From Anaerohalosphaeraceae bacterium (GTDB lineage Bacteria > Planctomycetota > Phycisphaerae > Sedimentisphaerales > Anaerohalosphaeraceae): 64,000 nucleotides of DNA. Location of the stretch: contig CAXXSL010000016.1 in assembly GCA_963675525.2 (NCBI GenBank), positions 768,001 to 832,000 on the forward strand, read 5' to 3'. Within the stretch, counting starts at the first letter, position 1; the number at the start of each line of letters is the position of its first letter. This document shows, piece by piece, positions 10,443-19,207 of this stretch. Below the pieces are notes generated by a model. The model saw only the letters and a program-made list of their open reading frames with translations, was not told where the DNA came from and ran no database searches. Made by a program: the position numbers and the translations under genes.

Positions 10443-11198
10443 TTATGCGATCGCTTTAATCATCGCCGAGAAATCTTCAACCTTCAGGCTAGCGCCGCCG
10501 ACCAGTAAACCATCGATATCCGGCTGAGCCATCAATTCGGCCGTATTGGAAGGCTTTGCCGAGCCGCCGTATTGGATCCGTATCTTTTGAGCAATCTCTT
10601 CGTCGTACAATTCCGCCAATAACGCGCGAATCATACCGTGGACCTGCTGTGCCTGATCCGGCGTCGCCGTCAGGCCGGTTCCAATCGCCCAGACCGGCTC
10701 ATAAGCGATCGTGACCGCCTGAACACGCTCTTTGCACAAACCCGCCAATCCTTTTTTGATCTGATCAGCCACGATATCGTTGGTTTTTTCCGCCTGGCGT
10801 TCTTCGAGCAGTTCGCCAACACAAAAGATTGGAAGCAATCCGCTGTCAATCGCGGCAGCAATTTTCTTGTTGATCAGCTCATCGGTTTCGCCGATGACAT
10901 GACGGCGTTCGGAGTGACCCAAAATGACGTATGTGCAACTGGTGTCTTTCAGCATTTCACAACTGGTCTCACCGGTAAAGGCGCCGTTGCCTTCGAAATA
11001 AACATTCTGTGCGCCGACGGCGATATTCGAGGCGCTCAGTGCCGCCACAACCGACTGTAAATAGACAAACGGCGGGCACACCGCAACATCCACACTGTCA
11101 TTCTCTTCCAGTTCCCTCGCCAGCCCGGCGGCCAAGGCCACTGCGCTGGCACTGTTCATATTCATTTTCCAGTTACCGGCAATAAACGGTTTTCTCAT
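10443..11198 (-). CDS. tpiA: Triosephosphate isomerase
   Basis: AGNWKMN, GHSERR, AYEPVWAIGTG, DGLLVGGAS. Confidence 0.98.
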   Translation of the reverse strand: MRKPFIAGNWKMNMNSASAVALAAGLARELEENDSVDVAVCPPFVYLQSVVAALSASNIAVGAQNVYFEGNGAFTGETSCEMLKDTSCTYVILGHSERRHVIGETDELINKKIAAAIDSGLLPIFCVGELLEERQAEKTNDIVADQIKKGLAGLCKERVQAVTIAYEPVWAIGTGLTATPDQAQQVHGMIRALLAELYDEEIAQKIRIQYGGSAKPSNTAELMAQPDIDGLLVGGASLKVEDFSAMIKAIA

Positions 11199-11234
11199 TT
11201 TTGTCTCCTGTTCGTCACAATCCTGTTTCAAAAA

Positions 11235-12305
11235 TTATAAAATCGTTGTGCAGCGAGGAAAACTCCCCAGCACCGAAAGTTGTAAACAATGCTTTTTGGC
11301 TTCCTCCAAGGCTCCATCAACATGAGCGTCCAGCTTATGTCCCAAAAAGTCCACAAAGAAATAGTATTCCCATTCACGTTTTTTATTGGGTCGGGAACCG
11401 ATATTGGTCATGTTCAACCCGTATTCACGGAACACATTCAACACATCCACCAGTGCTCCGGTTTTGTGTGCCGTACTAAACAAAATTACGGTTTTATCAT
11501 CACCGCTCGGCTCAGCATCCTGTTTACTGATAATCAAAAAGCGGGTGATGTTATTAGCAATGTCTTCAATATTATGACATAAGATCTTCAGTCCATATAT
11601 TTCCGCCGCGACCGAAGAAGCGATCGCCGCCGAACCAGTTTCACCGGCTGCCAGCTTCGCGGCCCTGGAAGACGAAGCCATCGGAACCGTCTCGGCATCT
11701 TTGAATGTTGCTGCCAGCCAGTTGCGACACTGGGCAAAGATTTCCGGCTGTGAATAAATGCGCTTGATCTCATGCATTGGAGAATTGGCCATCAGGTTAT
11801 GATGGATCGCCATGCTCGCCTCGCCGCAAATCAAAACGTCTGTTTCCACAAAAGCGTCCAGCGTTTCACGAACGCCGCCGCCGGCGCTGTTTTCAATCGG
11901 CACAATCCCGAAATCACAATGCCCTTTGCTGACTTCTTCGAAAATCCCGCGAATGTCGCTCAATGCTTCATGGTCAACGCTTTGTCCGAATTTTAAAATC
12001 GCAGCGTTATGCGAAAAACTGCCCTTCGGGCCAAGGTAACCTATCTGCAGCGGTCGCTCCAGGAAAAATGAACCGCTCATCAACTCCCGCCAAATCGCCT
12101 GCATGGTCTTATCCGGCAGGGGGCCCTTGTTGAGCTGGGCGATTTTATCCAAGACCGCCTTTTCACGATGCGGCACATAGATTGGACTTTCATCAGCCTG
12201 TTTGAGTTTGCCCACTTCAACAACAACCTGCGCACGCTCATTGATCAGCTCAACGAGCTTTTCATCAATCGCATCAATTTTTTTACGCAGTTCTTCCAGC
12301 GGCAT
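11235..12305 (-). CDS. pheA: Chorismate mutase/prephenate dehydratase
   Basis: N-terminal CM (LRKKIDAID), YLGPKGSFS, PIENS, NITRF, ACT domain. Confidence 0.96.
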   Translation of the reverse strand: MPLEELRKKIDAIDEKLVELINERAQVVVEVGKLKQADESPIYVPHREKAVLDKIAQLNKGPLPDKTMQAIWRELMSGSFFLERPLQIGYLGPKGSFSHNAAILKFGQSVDHEALSDIRGIFEEVSKGHCDFGIVPIENSAGGGVRETLDAFVETDVLICGEASMAIHHNLMANSPMHEIKRIYSQPEIFAQCRNWLAATFKDAETVPMASSSRAAKLAAGETGSAAIASSVAAEIYGLKILCHNIEDIANNITRFLIISKQDAEPSGDDKTVILFSTAHKTGALVDVLNVFREYGLNMTNIGSRPNKKREWEYYFFVDFLGHKLDAHVDGALEEAKKHCLQLSVLGSFPRCTTIL

Positions 12306-12474
12306 TTCTATTTCCTATATTTCTCGCTCGGTTGTTTTGTGCAGGGCATAGAATCTCGAGTCTAGCAGAAACGCCTTAACTACCAAAAATTGCCGCTTTC
12401 GTCAATGAAAATAAGCACCTTTGGGCAAATTAAGGACTTGATAAGATATTTTTTTTGAAGTAAATAGAAAAACC

Positions 12475-12990
12475 ATGAATGATAAAAATGACATTATTTA
12501 TTCAATATTCAAAACCCGTTGGGGGTGGTTCGGCCTTTTAGGCAGCGAAAAAGGGCTTATTCGCACCTGCTTGCCTGTAGCTTTCGAAGAAGCCGCCCAG
12601 CGACGTCTGCTGTCCGGCATCACAAATCCAGAACCGGCGAAAAAGGCTTTTCGGGTACTGGAAAAGGATATATTAGCTTACTATAAAGGTAAAAAGATCG
12701 ATTTCAGTGATATCCCGGTTTGCCTGAACGGGATGACGGCCTTCCAGCAGGAGGTCCTGACCGCTCTTCGATCTGTAAAATACGGCCAAACCGTCAGTTA
12801 CGGCGATATTGCACGGCTGATCAATAACCCGAAAGCCGCACGGGCCATCGGGACAGTCATGGCTCAAAACCCGCTGCCTTTGATCATTCCCTGTCATCGG
12901 GTCATAAAAACGGACGGTTCGTTTGGCTATTTCAGCGCCGCCGGCGGTGTAGACACCAAAAAACGAATGCTCGAATTGGAAAAACCATAA
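12475..12990 (+). CDS. ogt: Methylated-DNA-protein-cysteine methyltransferase
   Basis: YGQTVSYG, AARAIG, active site PCHRV. Confidence 0.93.
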   Translation: MNDKNDIIYSIFKTRWGWFGLLGSEKGLIRTCLPVAFEEAAQRRLLSGITNPEPAKKAFRVLEKDILAYYKGKKIDFSDIPVCLNGMTAFQQEVLTALRSVKYGQTVSYGDIARLINNPKAARAIGTVMAQNPLPLIIPCHRVIKTDGSFGYFSAAGGVDTKKRMLELEKP

Positions 12991-13025
12991 AATTTCCTTG
13001 AACTCCCCGCTTGAATTTGCGATAG

Positions 13026-13054
13026 TATATGTAATGACAATGTCAATACATATA
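13026..13054. promoter_or_regulatory. Palindromic operator upstream of the TA pair
   Basis: TATATGTA-A-TGACA-A-TGTCA-A-TACATATA. Confidence 0.65.
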
Positions 13055-13072
13055 TGAGAAAAGGAAAGTAAG

Positions 13073-13336
13073 ATGTCTTCTAAAACAACCACCATACAAG
13101 TTCGTATCGATGAGGATCTGAAAAAAAAGGCTGTCAAAGTTCTGGGGCAAATGCAGATTACGATGTCTCAGGCCATCAAGATGTTTTTAGCTCAAGTTGT
13201 CAGACAAGACGGTATTGGCATTGAGTTTAGAACACCCAGCAAGAGAGTGCGAAAAGCAATGGATGAAGCGGATGCGAACATTGGAATGCATGAGGTTTCC
13301 AGTGTGGGAGAACTTTTCGAGGAATTGGAACGTTGA
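13073..13336 (+). CDS. RelB/DinJ family antitoxin
   Basis: RHH N-terminus IQVRIDEDLKKKA...MSQAIKMFL; C-terminus SVGELFEEL. Confidence 0.9.
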   Translation: MSSKTTTIQVRIDEDLKKKAVKVLGQMQITMSQAIKMFLAQVVRQDGIGIEFRTPSKRVRKAMDEADANIGMHEVSSVGELFEELER

Positions 13337-13614
13337 GGATACGCTGGCAGGATCAATTCAAGGAAGATTTTAAATCCCTCGAAAAACACCTCAAAGACCC
13401 CATCCCGTTTAAAAAAGCTCTCAATAAGGCGGTTACATTACTTCAAACCGGTAAAAATCTCTCCAGATCATTCCCTGTCAACCGGCTCATCAAACGCGGC
13501 GAAGGATGGTTTTACTGTTATTTAACGTCAGATATTGTCATGATTTACAAAATTCCAGGGAAAACCGTCAAATTAATTGCAATGGGCCGTATAAATGAAA
13601 TGTATGATCGCTGA
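13333..13614 (+). CDS. YafQ/RelE-like toxin (divergent)
   Basis: Overlaps antitoxin stop; QFKEDFK, DIVMIYK, LIAMG pattern. Confidence 0.75.
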   Translation: MRIRWQDQFKEDFKSLEKHLKDPIPFKKALNKAVTLLQTGKNLSRSFPVNRLIKRGEGWFYCYLTSDIVMIYKIPGKTVKLIAMGRINEMYDR

Positions 13615-13632
13615 AATTTTTTTATAAAAATA

Positions 13633-13692
13633 TGTAAAACATACTTGACATAGTGTATGGCTAAGTATACATTATGTATAGTAAGGGTTACA
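13633..13692 (+). promoter_or_regulatory. Sigma70 promoter overlapped by three 18-bp TGTA-N10-(T/G)ACA operators
   Basis: TTGACA (13645-50)-17 bp-TACATT; palindromes start at 13633, 13654 and 13675. Confidence 0.75.
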
Positions 13693-13715
13693 AATTAATT
13701 GGAAAGGACAGAAAA

Positions 13716-14156
13716 ATGAATCCGGCACAAAAAAGAGCGTGGCTTGAAATGATGATTTCACTGGCAGGCCTGGTTTTCAGCGGAATATCCTATTATTTTT
13801 TCAGCCAAGCCGGTGAACCACCTTACTCTGCTCCCTGGATTTATTATCTGCCCCTGATAAACCTCCCCATCGTTTTGTGCATGATTGGGTATGTTTTGAC
13901 CGGCGCGAAGTTCAAGGCAAAAGATTTCGATGAAAGAGAAATGGTTCTATCTCGCAAATCGCTGGTTTATGGCTTTTTGGCGGTATTCATTTTCCTGACC
14001 GCTGCCGCAATGGTTTTCTTTGTGCGGAATATCGCGGCGATGATACCGATCCGCATACTCTTGCTTATGATCGTATCCTCTTTTTTCTTCAGCAGCGCTG
14101 TGATTTCCACGTCATTTTTGCTGACATATCAATCAAAATTTGAAAGGAGCCGATGA
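13716..14156 (+). CDS. 4-TM membrane protein, DUF2178-like paralogue 1
   Basis: MNPAQKRAW...FDERE; RBS GAAAGGA. Confidence 0.75.
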   Translation: MNPAQKRAWLEMMISLAGLVFSGISYYFFSQAGEPPYSAPWIYYLPLINLPIVLCMIGYVLTGAKFKAKDFDEREMVLSRKSLVYGFLAVFIFLTAAAMVFFVRNIAAMIPIRILLLMIVSSFFFSSAVISTSFLLTYQSKFERSR

Positions 14157-14590
14157 TGAATCAAATACAGAAAAAAGCGTGGACAAATATTATTTTTCTT
14201 CTCATAAGTGGAGTCACCGTTTTTATTATGCATTTGGCGGGATTTCAAGCAGCCGTACTGATACTGGCCTTTGGACTTTGTGGAACTGCGGGGCACATAT
14301 TTGCATCCACTTTCAAAAGTGGTACCAATTCCGTTCCGCTCGATGAAAGGGACCAATTAATCGAGTTAAAAGCAAATCGTATGTGTTTTAGCTTTTCGTT
14401 TTCGGCTTTTGTGATTGTATGTGTGGCTTTTTGGGCATATTACCGCCTCCGAGGTATCGACACTATTTCTATTGACGTTCTCACGATATTAATTTGGCCT
14501 CCCTTTATTACCCAGTTTCTCAGTCATGATATTATCCTTTTGGTTTTGTATCGCAATGACAATATACTTTCACAAGGAGATGCAGCATGA
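14153..14590 (+). CDS. 4-TM membrane protein, DUF2178-like paralogue 2
   Basis: MNQIQKKAW...LDERD. Confidence 0.75.
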   Translation: MMNQIQKKAWTNIIFLLISGVTVFIMHLAGFQAAVLILAFGLCGTAGHIFASTFKSGTNSVPLDERDQLIELKANRMCFSFSFSAFVIVCVAFWAYYRLRGIDTISIDVLTILIWPPFITQFLSHDIILLVLYRNDNILSQGDAA

Positions 14591-15030
14591 ACCGCATACA
14601 AAAAATGTCATGGCTGGTGGTTGTTTGTGCAGGGACTGGATTTTTTATCAGCGTTGTCGTCGTCACAATCATGGCTGTCAAAGTCGGCTTTCCCAAAGCG
14701 TTTGCCGGCTTCGCATTTCTTTCGCTGGCGGGATTCGGGGGACTGGGACCGCTGATTTTCAAAAAAGATCCCGGTGCTGTCCAGAGTGACGAACGTGATC
14801 GGGTCATCCAACTCCATGCGGCCAAAGCAGGATTTGGCGCATCTTATGTTGTATTTGGCTGTCTGGCGATGGGCATTTGGATATATCAAGGCCCAGATAA
14901 ACTCATAAATGTCAACACGCTGCCGCAAATCTGGATAGCCGCATTCATCACCGCTTTTTTCGTCCAGGCTCTCACCACCCTTATCCTTTACGGCAAAGAC
15001 AACAAACTTTCCGAAGAAGGTGCCGCATGA
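14587..15030 (+). CDS. 4-TM membrane protein, DUF2178-like paralogue 3
   Basis: MNRIQKMSW...SDERD. Confidence 0.75.
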   Translation: MNRIQKMSWLVVVCAGTGFFISVVVVTIMAVKVGFPKAFAGFAFLSLAGFGGLGPLIFKKDPGAVQSDERDRVIQLHAAKAGFGASYVVFGCLAMGIWIYQGPDKLINVNTLPQIWIAAFITAFFVQALTTLILYGKDNKLSEEGAA

Positions 15031-15449
15031 ATCGATTAAAGAAAAAAGCTTGGACAGAACTTATATCCTGTGGCATCGGTTTCGTGTTGATAACTATCCC
15101 TCTCTTTCTGGTAATGGCGCATACAAACGCACGGGGATTGGAATTTGTTCTCATCTGGGTTATTTTCGGTGTTCCTACGGGATTAGTCATGTATCTGTGG
15201 GAGGCTAAAAAGCTCAAGCAATACGATGAACGCGAAAGAGAAATCATCCAGAAAGCTTTTTCGTTTAGCATGATGATTATGGTTCTTTATCTCATGGGGT
15301 TTTCAGTCGCAGCGTTTTTTCTGATTGGTGGCGGAGGGTCTGTCCCCGTTGTCTTTATGCCTTTAATGTTTTTCACAGGAATGTTTCTTGGCCAAGCTGT
15401 CAACTCCTTCATAATATTGATGCAATGCACAAAGGAAGATGATGAGTAA
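15027..15449 (+). CDS. 4-TM membrane protein, DUF2178-like paralogue 4
   Basis: MNRLKKKAW...YDERE. Confidence 0.75.
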   Translation: MNRLKKKAWTELISCGIGFVLITIPLFLVMAHTNARGLEFVLIWVIFGVPTGLVMYLWEAKKLKQYDEREREIIQKAFSFSMMIMVLYLMGFSVAAFFLIGGGGSVPVVFMPLMFFTGMFLGQAVNSFIILMQCTKEDDE

Positions 15450-15654
15450 AGACCAGCTTACGAACAATATTCGCCGGCTGCGGTTTGATGCCGGGGAGAT
15501 GACCCAGCAGCAACTGGCCGATAAAGTCGGCGTCACCCGCCAGACCATTATTGCCACCGAGCAGGGCCGCTACGCCCCATCTTTACCACTGGCCATAAAA
15601 ATCGCCCGTGCCTTCGGCAAACAGGTCGAAGAAGTCTTTCAATTGGAATCATGA
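15439..15654 (+). CDS. XRE/Cro-C1 family HTH transcriptional regulator
   Basis: [32 protein letters not shown]...VEEVF. Confidence 0.95.
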   Translation: MMSKDQLTNNIRRLRFDAGEMTQQQLADKVGVTRQTIIATEQGRYAPSLPLAIKIARAFGKQVEEVFQLES

Positions 15655-15685
15655 ATAAAACTGTGTCCTTACAGGGAGTATAACT

Positions 15686-16543
15686 ATGCAAAAACGAATT
15701 TTTGTTCCTTGTTTTATTGCTCTGTCATCCGGAATTATTGCGATACTTTGCTTTTCTTACATCCTTTATAAAGTCAATACCGATTTGCCGCGTGTTCTGA
15801 ATTTCGAACAGTCGAGATATGGAATTGGAATCGGGTATTTGTTTGCCCTCTTGTTTCACTTCGTGGCTTTTGTTTATATCCTGATTCATATCAAGTCGGT
15901 TCGAACCGCCCGATTTCTTGCCGTTCTGACATTGATCACAGGTATTATTTCACTTTTTGCTTTCGGTGCGGAAAAAGTATTTTATGATGAAATCGCCCGG
16001 CAATTCCGTCACGGAATGCCCATCACGAGGGAACAGACAGGTTTGAATATATTCCTGGTAACGCACATTTTGTTTGCGGGTATGGTTTTTGTTTTATCAT
16101 TGAAATCGATCCTCGCCCCGCAAAACAGTGTTGTCCTGGCACAGGCAAAAGACGACAAAATCTTTACAATGGCCCATTGTATGGGAATCATATCGGGATT
16201 GATGGGAGTATGGCTGACGCTGTCTCTGATAGGCCGACAAATCCCGGCCGGTCGGCTGTGGGTTTATATTCCGTTTTACCTGTTAATTTTAACACCCTAT
16301 GCGATAACGGGTTTTTATTGGTTCTGGATTAAAATAAAGGAAAAAATCCCGGATTGGTATGATGAAAAACAAGTTGTGGATATGCGGAAGGCAGCGTTCA
16401 TGACCCTGCTATTGTCCGTGCCCGGGCTGGCGATGCTTATGCTGACAAAAAAACCAATTATGTTTTATTACTTTCCCTATTATGTGTTTCTGATAGTATT
16501 TCTTTTTTCCGCAGGCACGTTATATTTTTTCAAAAAGAGATGA
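15686..16543 (+). CDS. Multi-pass membrane protein with a C-terminal DEK motif
   Basis: About 8 hydrophobic segments; WYDEKQ...KAAF resembles the DER motif of the upstream paralogues. Confidence 0.7.
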   Translation: MQKRIFVPCFIALSSGIIAILCFSYILYKVNTDLPRVLNFEQSRYGIGIGYLFALLFHFVAFVYILIHIKSVRTARFLAVLTLITGIISLFAFGAEKVFYDEIARQFRHGMPITREQTGLNIFLVTHILFAGMVFVLSLKSILAPQNSVVLAQAKDDKIFTMAHCMGIISGLMGVWLTLSLIGRQIPAGRLWVYIPFYLLILTPYAITGFYWFWIKIKEKIPDWYDEKQVVDMRKAAFMTLLLSVPGLAMLMLTKKPIMFYYFPYYVFLIVFLFSAGTLYFFKKR

Positions 16544-16891
16544 CCTGTCCCATCCCTGCCGCGCCATCGGCTTCGACGAAGGTGCCGAGCCAGCCAACTG
16601 GCAGCAGGAACTGCGAAAACGCGGGATCACCGTAATCGAAAACATCACACAAAAACATTTGGCCCCTATTCGAACGGATTGGTTAAGCAGACACGTTTTA
16701 CACCGAAACGGCTTCAATTAAACGATTTTTTACTCAACCATCCCCAGATTATTTATGGAAAACCATATGAAAACAACCCTTATCAGGGGATTTTAGGATT
16801 TGAATTATTTGAGAAAACTGTCATGGTGCTGGATTTTGAAAAGAATTTGATGTGGGTCAAGAAAGCCAAAGACAGCCGATGGTGTAATTAG
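16539..16891 (+). pseudogene. Gene remnants: deaminase-like C-terminus followed by retropepsin-like protease C-terminus
   Basis: RAIGFDEGAEPANWQQELRKRGITVIENI; then YQGILGFELFEKTVMVLDFEKNLMWV in another frame; neither has its N-terminus. Confidence 0.5.
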
Positions 16892-17613
16892 TCTAAATGA
16901 ATGACACCTTGTTTGCGGTCGGCTTCTAATGAGGCGCGTTTGATGATGTCGTACAGTTCTTTGGGACGGGCTACTTTTTCAAATTCAAACACCGGGTCCG
17001 TTTCGTCTTTCGTAATCAGCGTCACCGTCCCCACACCCACAATACAATCCAGCAGCGACCGGTGCAGTTTCAGATCGACCACACGGAACATATCCAGATT
17101 ATCGATCTGCCTGCTGAAAATACCGCGGGTAAACTCAATGCGGTCTGTACTGACCTCATAATGAATCCGTTTGAGCTCCGCCGTGCGAATCATGCTGTTA
17201 CCAATGGTGATCAGCGTCAGGGCAATTCCCGCATAGCCGGTATAGCGCGTAATCTGCCCGGCGATTTCCTCGGTGACGTTCGGGATCCACCTCAGTGCCA
17301 AGCCCCCCACAGGATACCGCCATAAAAACACCGCCAGTACCAAAAATAGCAGGGCGCCAAAATAAAATCCCAGCAATCCCCATAATGACGGCGAAACGGA
17401 AAACAACGGAACTTCCGGCCGGGACTGCGGAGCGGGACGGCCCGGCCGCAACGGTTCATCATCTGGCTCGGAGTGCTGTATCCGGCGGTCATGATACGAC
17501 ACCGGCAGGCCGGTATCGCTCTCAAGAAATTCCTTGCAAAACCGGCACTTGACGGCTTCAGCGTGAATCTTCTCGCCGCAAAACGGACATTTTTTCTTCG
17601 AGGCTTCCGTCAT
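16888..17613 (-). CDS. Zinc-ribbon plus bacterial PH domain membrane protein
   Basis: CPFC...CRFC, 2 TM, YEVSTDRIEFTRGIFSR...GVGTV. Confidence 0.85.
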   Translation of the reverse strand: MTEASKKKCPFCGEKIHAEAVKCRFCKEFLESDTGLPVSYHDRRIQHSEPDDEPLRPGRPAPQSRPEVPLFSVSPSLWGLLGFYFGALLFLVLAVFLWRYPVGGLALRWIPNVTEEIAGQITRYTGYAGIALTLITIGNSMIRTAELKRIHYEVSTDRIEFTRGIFSRQIDNLDMFRVVDLKLHRSLLDCIVGVGTVTLITKDETDPVFEFEKVARPKELYDIIKRASLEADRKQGVIHLD

Positions 17614-17864
17614 TTCTTAAGATCGATCGTTAAACGTAATCTGTTAATGTTCCCCTCGGGGACCATTGGGGCACGGTTGTTGTTTTTCTTTTATCGTCAT
17701 TTTTGGTTAGAATAGGTTAAAAAGGGCTTTTTCGCAAGAAAATTCATAAAATCGGGTCAGTTTTTGGCAATCGCTGCAAGGTTGCCTCTTCACACAGAAC
17801 CGCTTTGCTGGTATAATTCGCGGTTTGAAACATGAATTAATTTGAATTGAAAGCGGAATTTTTT

Positions 17865-19184
17865 ATGGCGTTACCCGTTGTTGCCATTATTGGACGCCCG
17901 AACGTGGGCAAAAGCAGTTTATTGAATTCGCTGTCTGGCAAGATGATCAGCATCGTCGAGCCGACCGCCGGAGTGACGCGCGACCGCGTCAGCACGATTA
18001 TTGAGCAGGGCGACCGCTTTTATGAACTGGTCGATACCGGCGGCTACGGCATTGTGGACTCCGATGCGCTTGAAAAACACGTCGAAGGCCAGATTTTCCA
18101 AGCCATCAGCACCGCCAGCCTGATTCTTTTCATCGTTGATATCCGTGAAGGTATCATGCCGCTGGATACACGCATCGCCCAGATGCTTCGAAAACATTCG
18201 CTGAAAGTTGTTCTGGTCGCCAACAAGGCCGACAGCACTCGTCAACTCGGCAGTGCCGGCGAATTTGCCCGGCTGGGGTTTGGCCAGCCCATCTGTATCT
18301 CGGCCCAGAACTTCGTCAACCGTGCCGAATTGATTGAACGCATTGATGACGAACTGGACCATCTGCCGAAGGAAAAACCCGTCGAAACCGCGATAAAAAT
18401 CGCCATCGTCGGCAAACGCAACGCCGGCAAGAGTACGTTTATCAACTCTATCGTCGGCCATGAACGTGTCATTGCCAGCGAAATACCCGGCACCACGCGC
18501 GATGCGGTGGATGTCCATTTCGAAAAAGACGGCAAACAATACATGATCATCGACACCGCGGGGGTTCGCAAGATCGGCAAAATGAAAGATGATGTCGAGT
18601 ATTATGGCTACACTCGCGCCACACGCAGTGTCCGCCGGGCTGACGTCGTGCTGTTTATGATGGACGCCACCACCAAGATCTCGCAGGTGGACAAAAAACT
18701 GTGCCATCTGGTCAAAGAGGAATTGAAGCCCTGTATCATCATCGTCAACAAATGGGATTTGGCGAAGGATTTTGCCGATACCGAAGAATACGGCGGCTAC
18801 TTCGACCGCGTCCTGACCGGGCTTAGACATGCACCGATTGCATTTACCACCGCCACGGAATCCAAAAACACTCAAAGCGTACTGGATTTAACAACTGAGT
18901 TATTCAAGCAGGCATCAACAAAGGTTACCACGGGCCGGCTCAATAAAGCCATTGAAATCATCTCCGAAGAACGCGTCGGCAGCAGCAAAAAGGGCGGCTT
19001 TCCGAAAATCTTTTACGCCACACAGGTCGCCGTGCGCCCGGTGTCGATCCTGCTGTTTGTCAATAAGCCGGATCTGTTCGACGATACTTATCAGCGCTTT
19101 GTCACAAATCGTCTCGGCGAACTGCTGGATCTGGAAGAAGTCCCGATCCGCCTCCTCCTGCGAAGACGAGGCGCTCCAAAATAA
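17865..19184 (+). CDS. der: Ribosome biogenesis GTPase Der
   Basis: Two G domains: GRPNVGKS/DTGG/NKAD and GKRNAGKS/DTAG/NKWD. Confidence 0.97.
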   Translation: MALPVVAIIGRPNVGKSSLLNSLSGKMISIVEPTAGVTRDRVSTIIEQGDRFYELVDTGGYGIVDSDALEKHVEGQIFQAISTASLILFIVDIREGIMPLDTRIAQMLRKHSLKVVLVANKADSTRQLGSAGEFARLGFGQPICISAQNFVNRAELIERIDDELDHLPKEKPVETAIKIAIVGKRNAGKSTFINSIVGHERVIASEIPGTTRDAVDVHFEKDGKQYMIIDTAGVRKIGKMKDDVEYYGYTRATRSVRRADVVLFMMDATTKISQVDKKLCHLVKEELKPCIIIVNKWDLAKDFADTEEYGGYFDRVLTGLRHAPIAFTTATESKNTQSVLDLTTELFKQASTKVTTGRLNKAIEIISEERVGSSKKGGFPKIFYATQVAVRPVSILLFVNKPDLFDDTYQRFVTNRLGELLDLEEVPIRLLLRRRGAPK

Positions 19185-19207
19185 GTTTTATCCAAGAGGA
19201 ATACAAA

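Noticed and set aside
12990..16900. Prophage or integrative element around the TA pair and XRE gene
   Set aside because: No integrase, att repeats or phage structural genes
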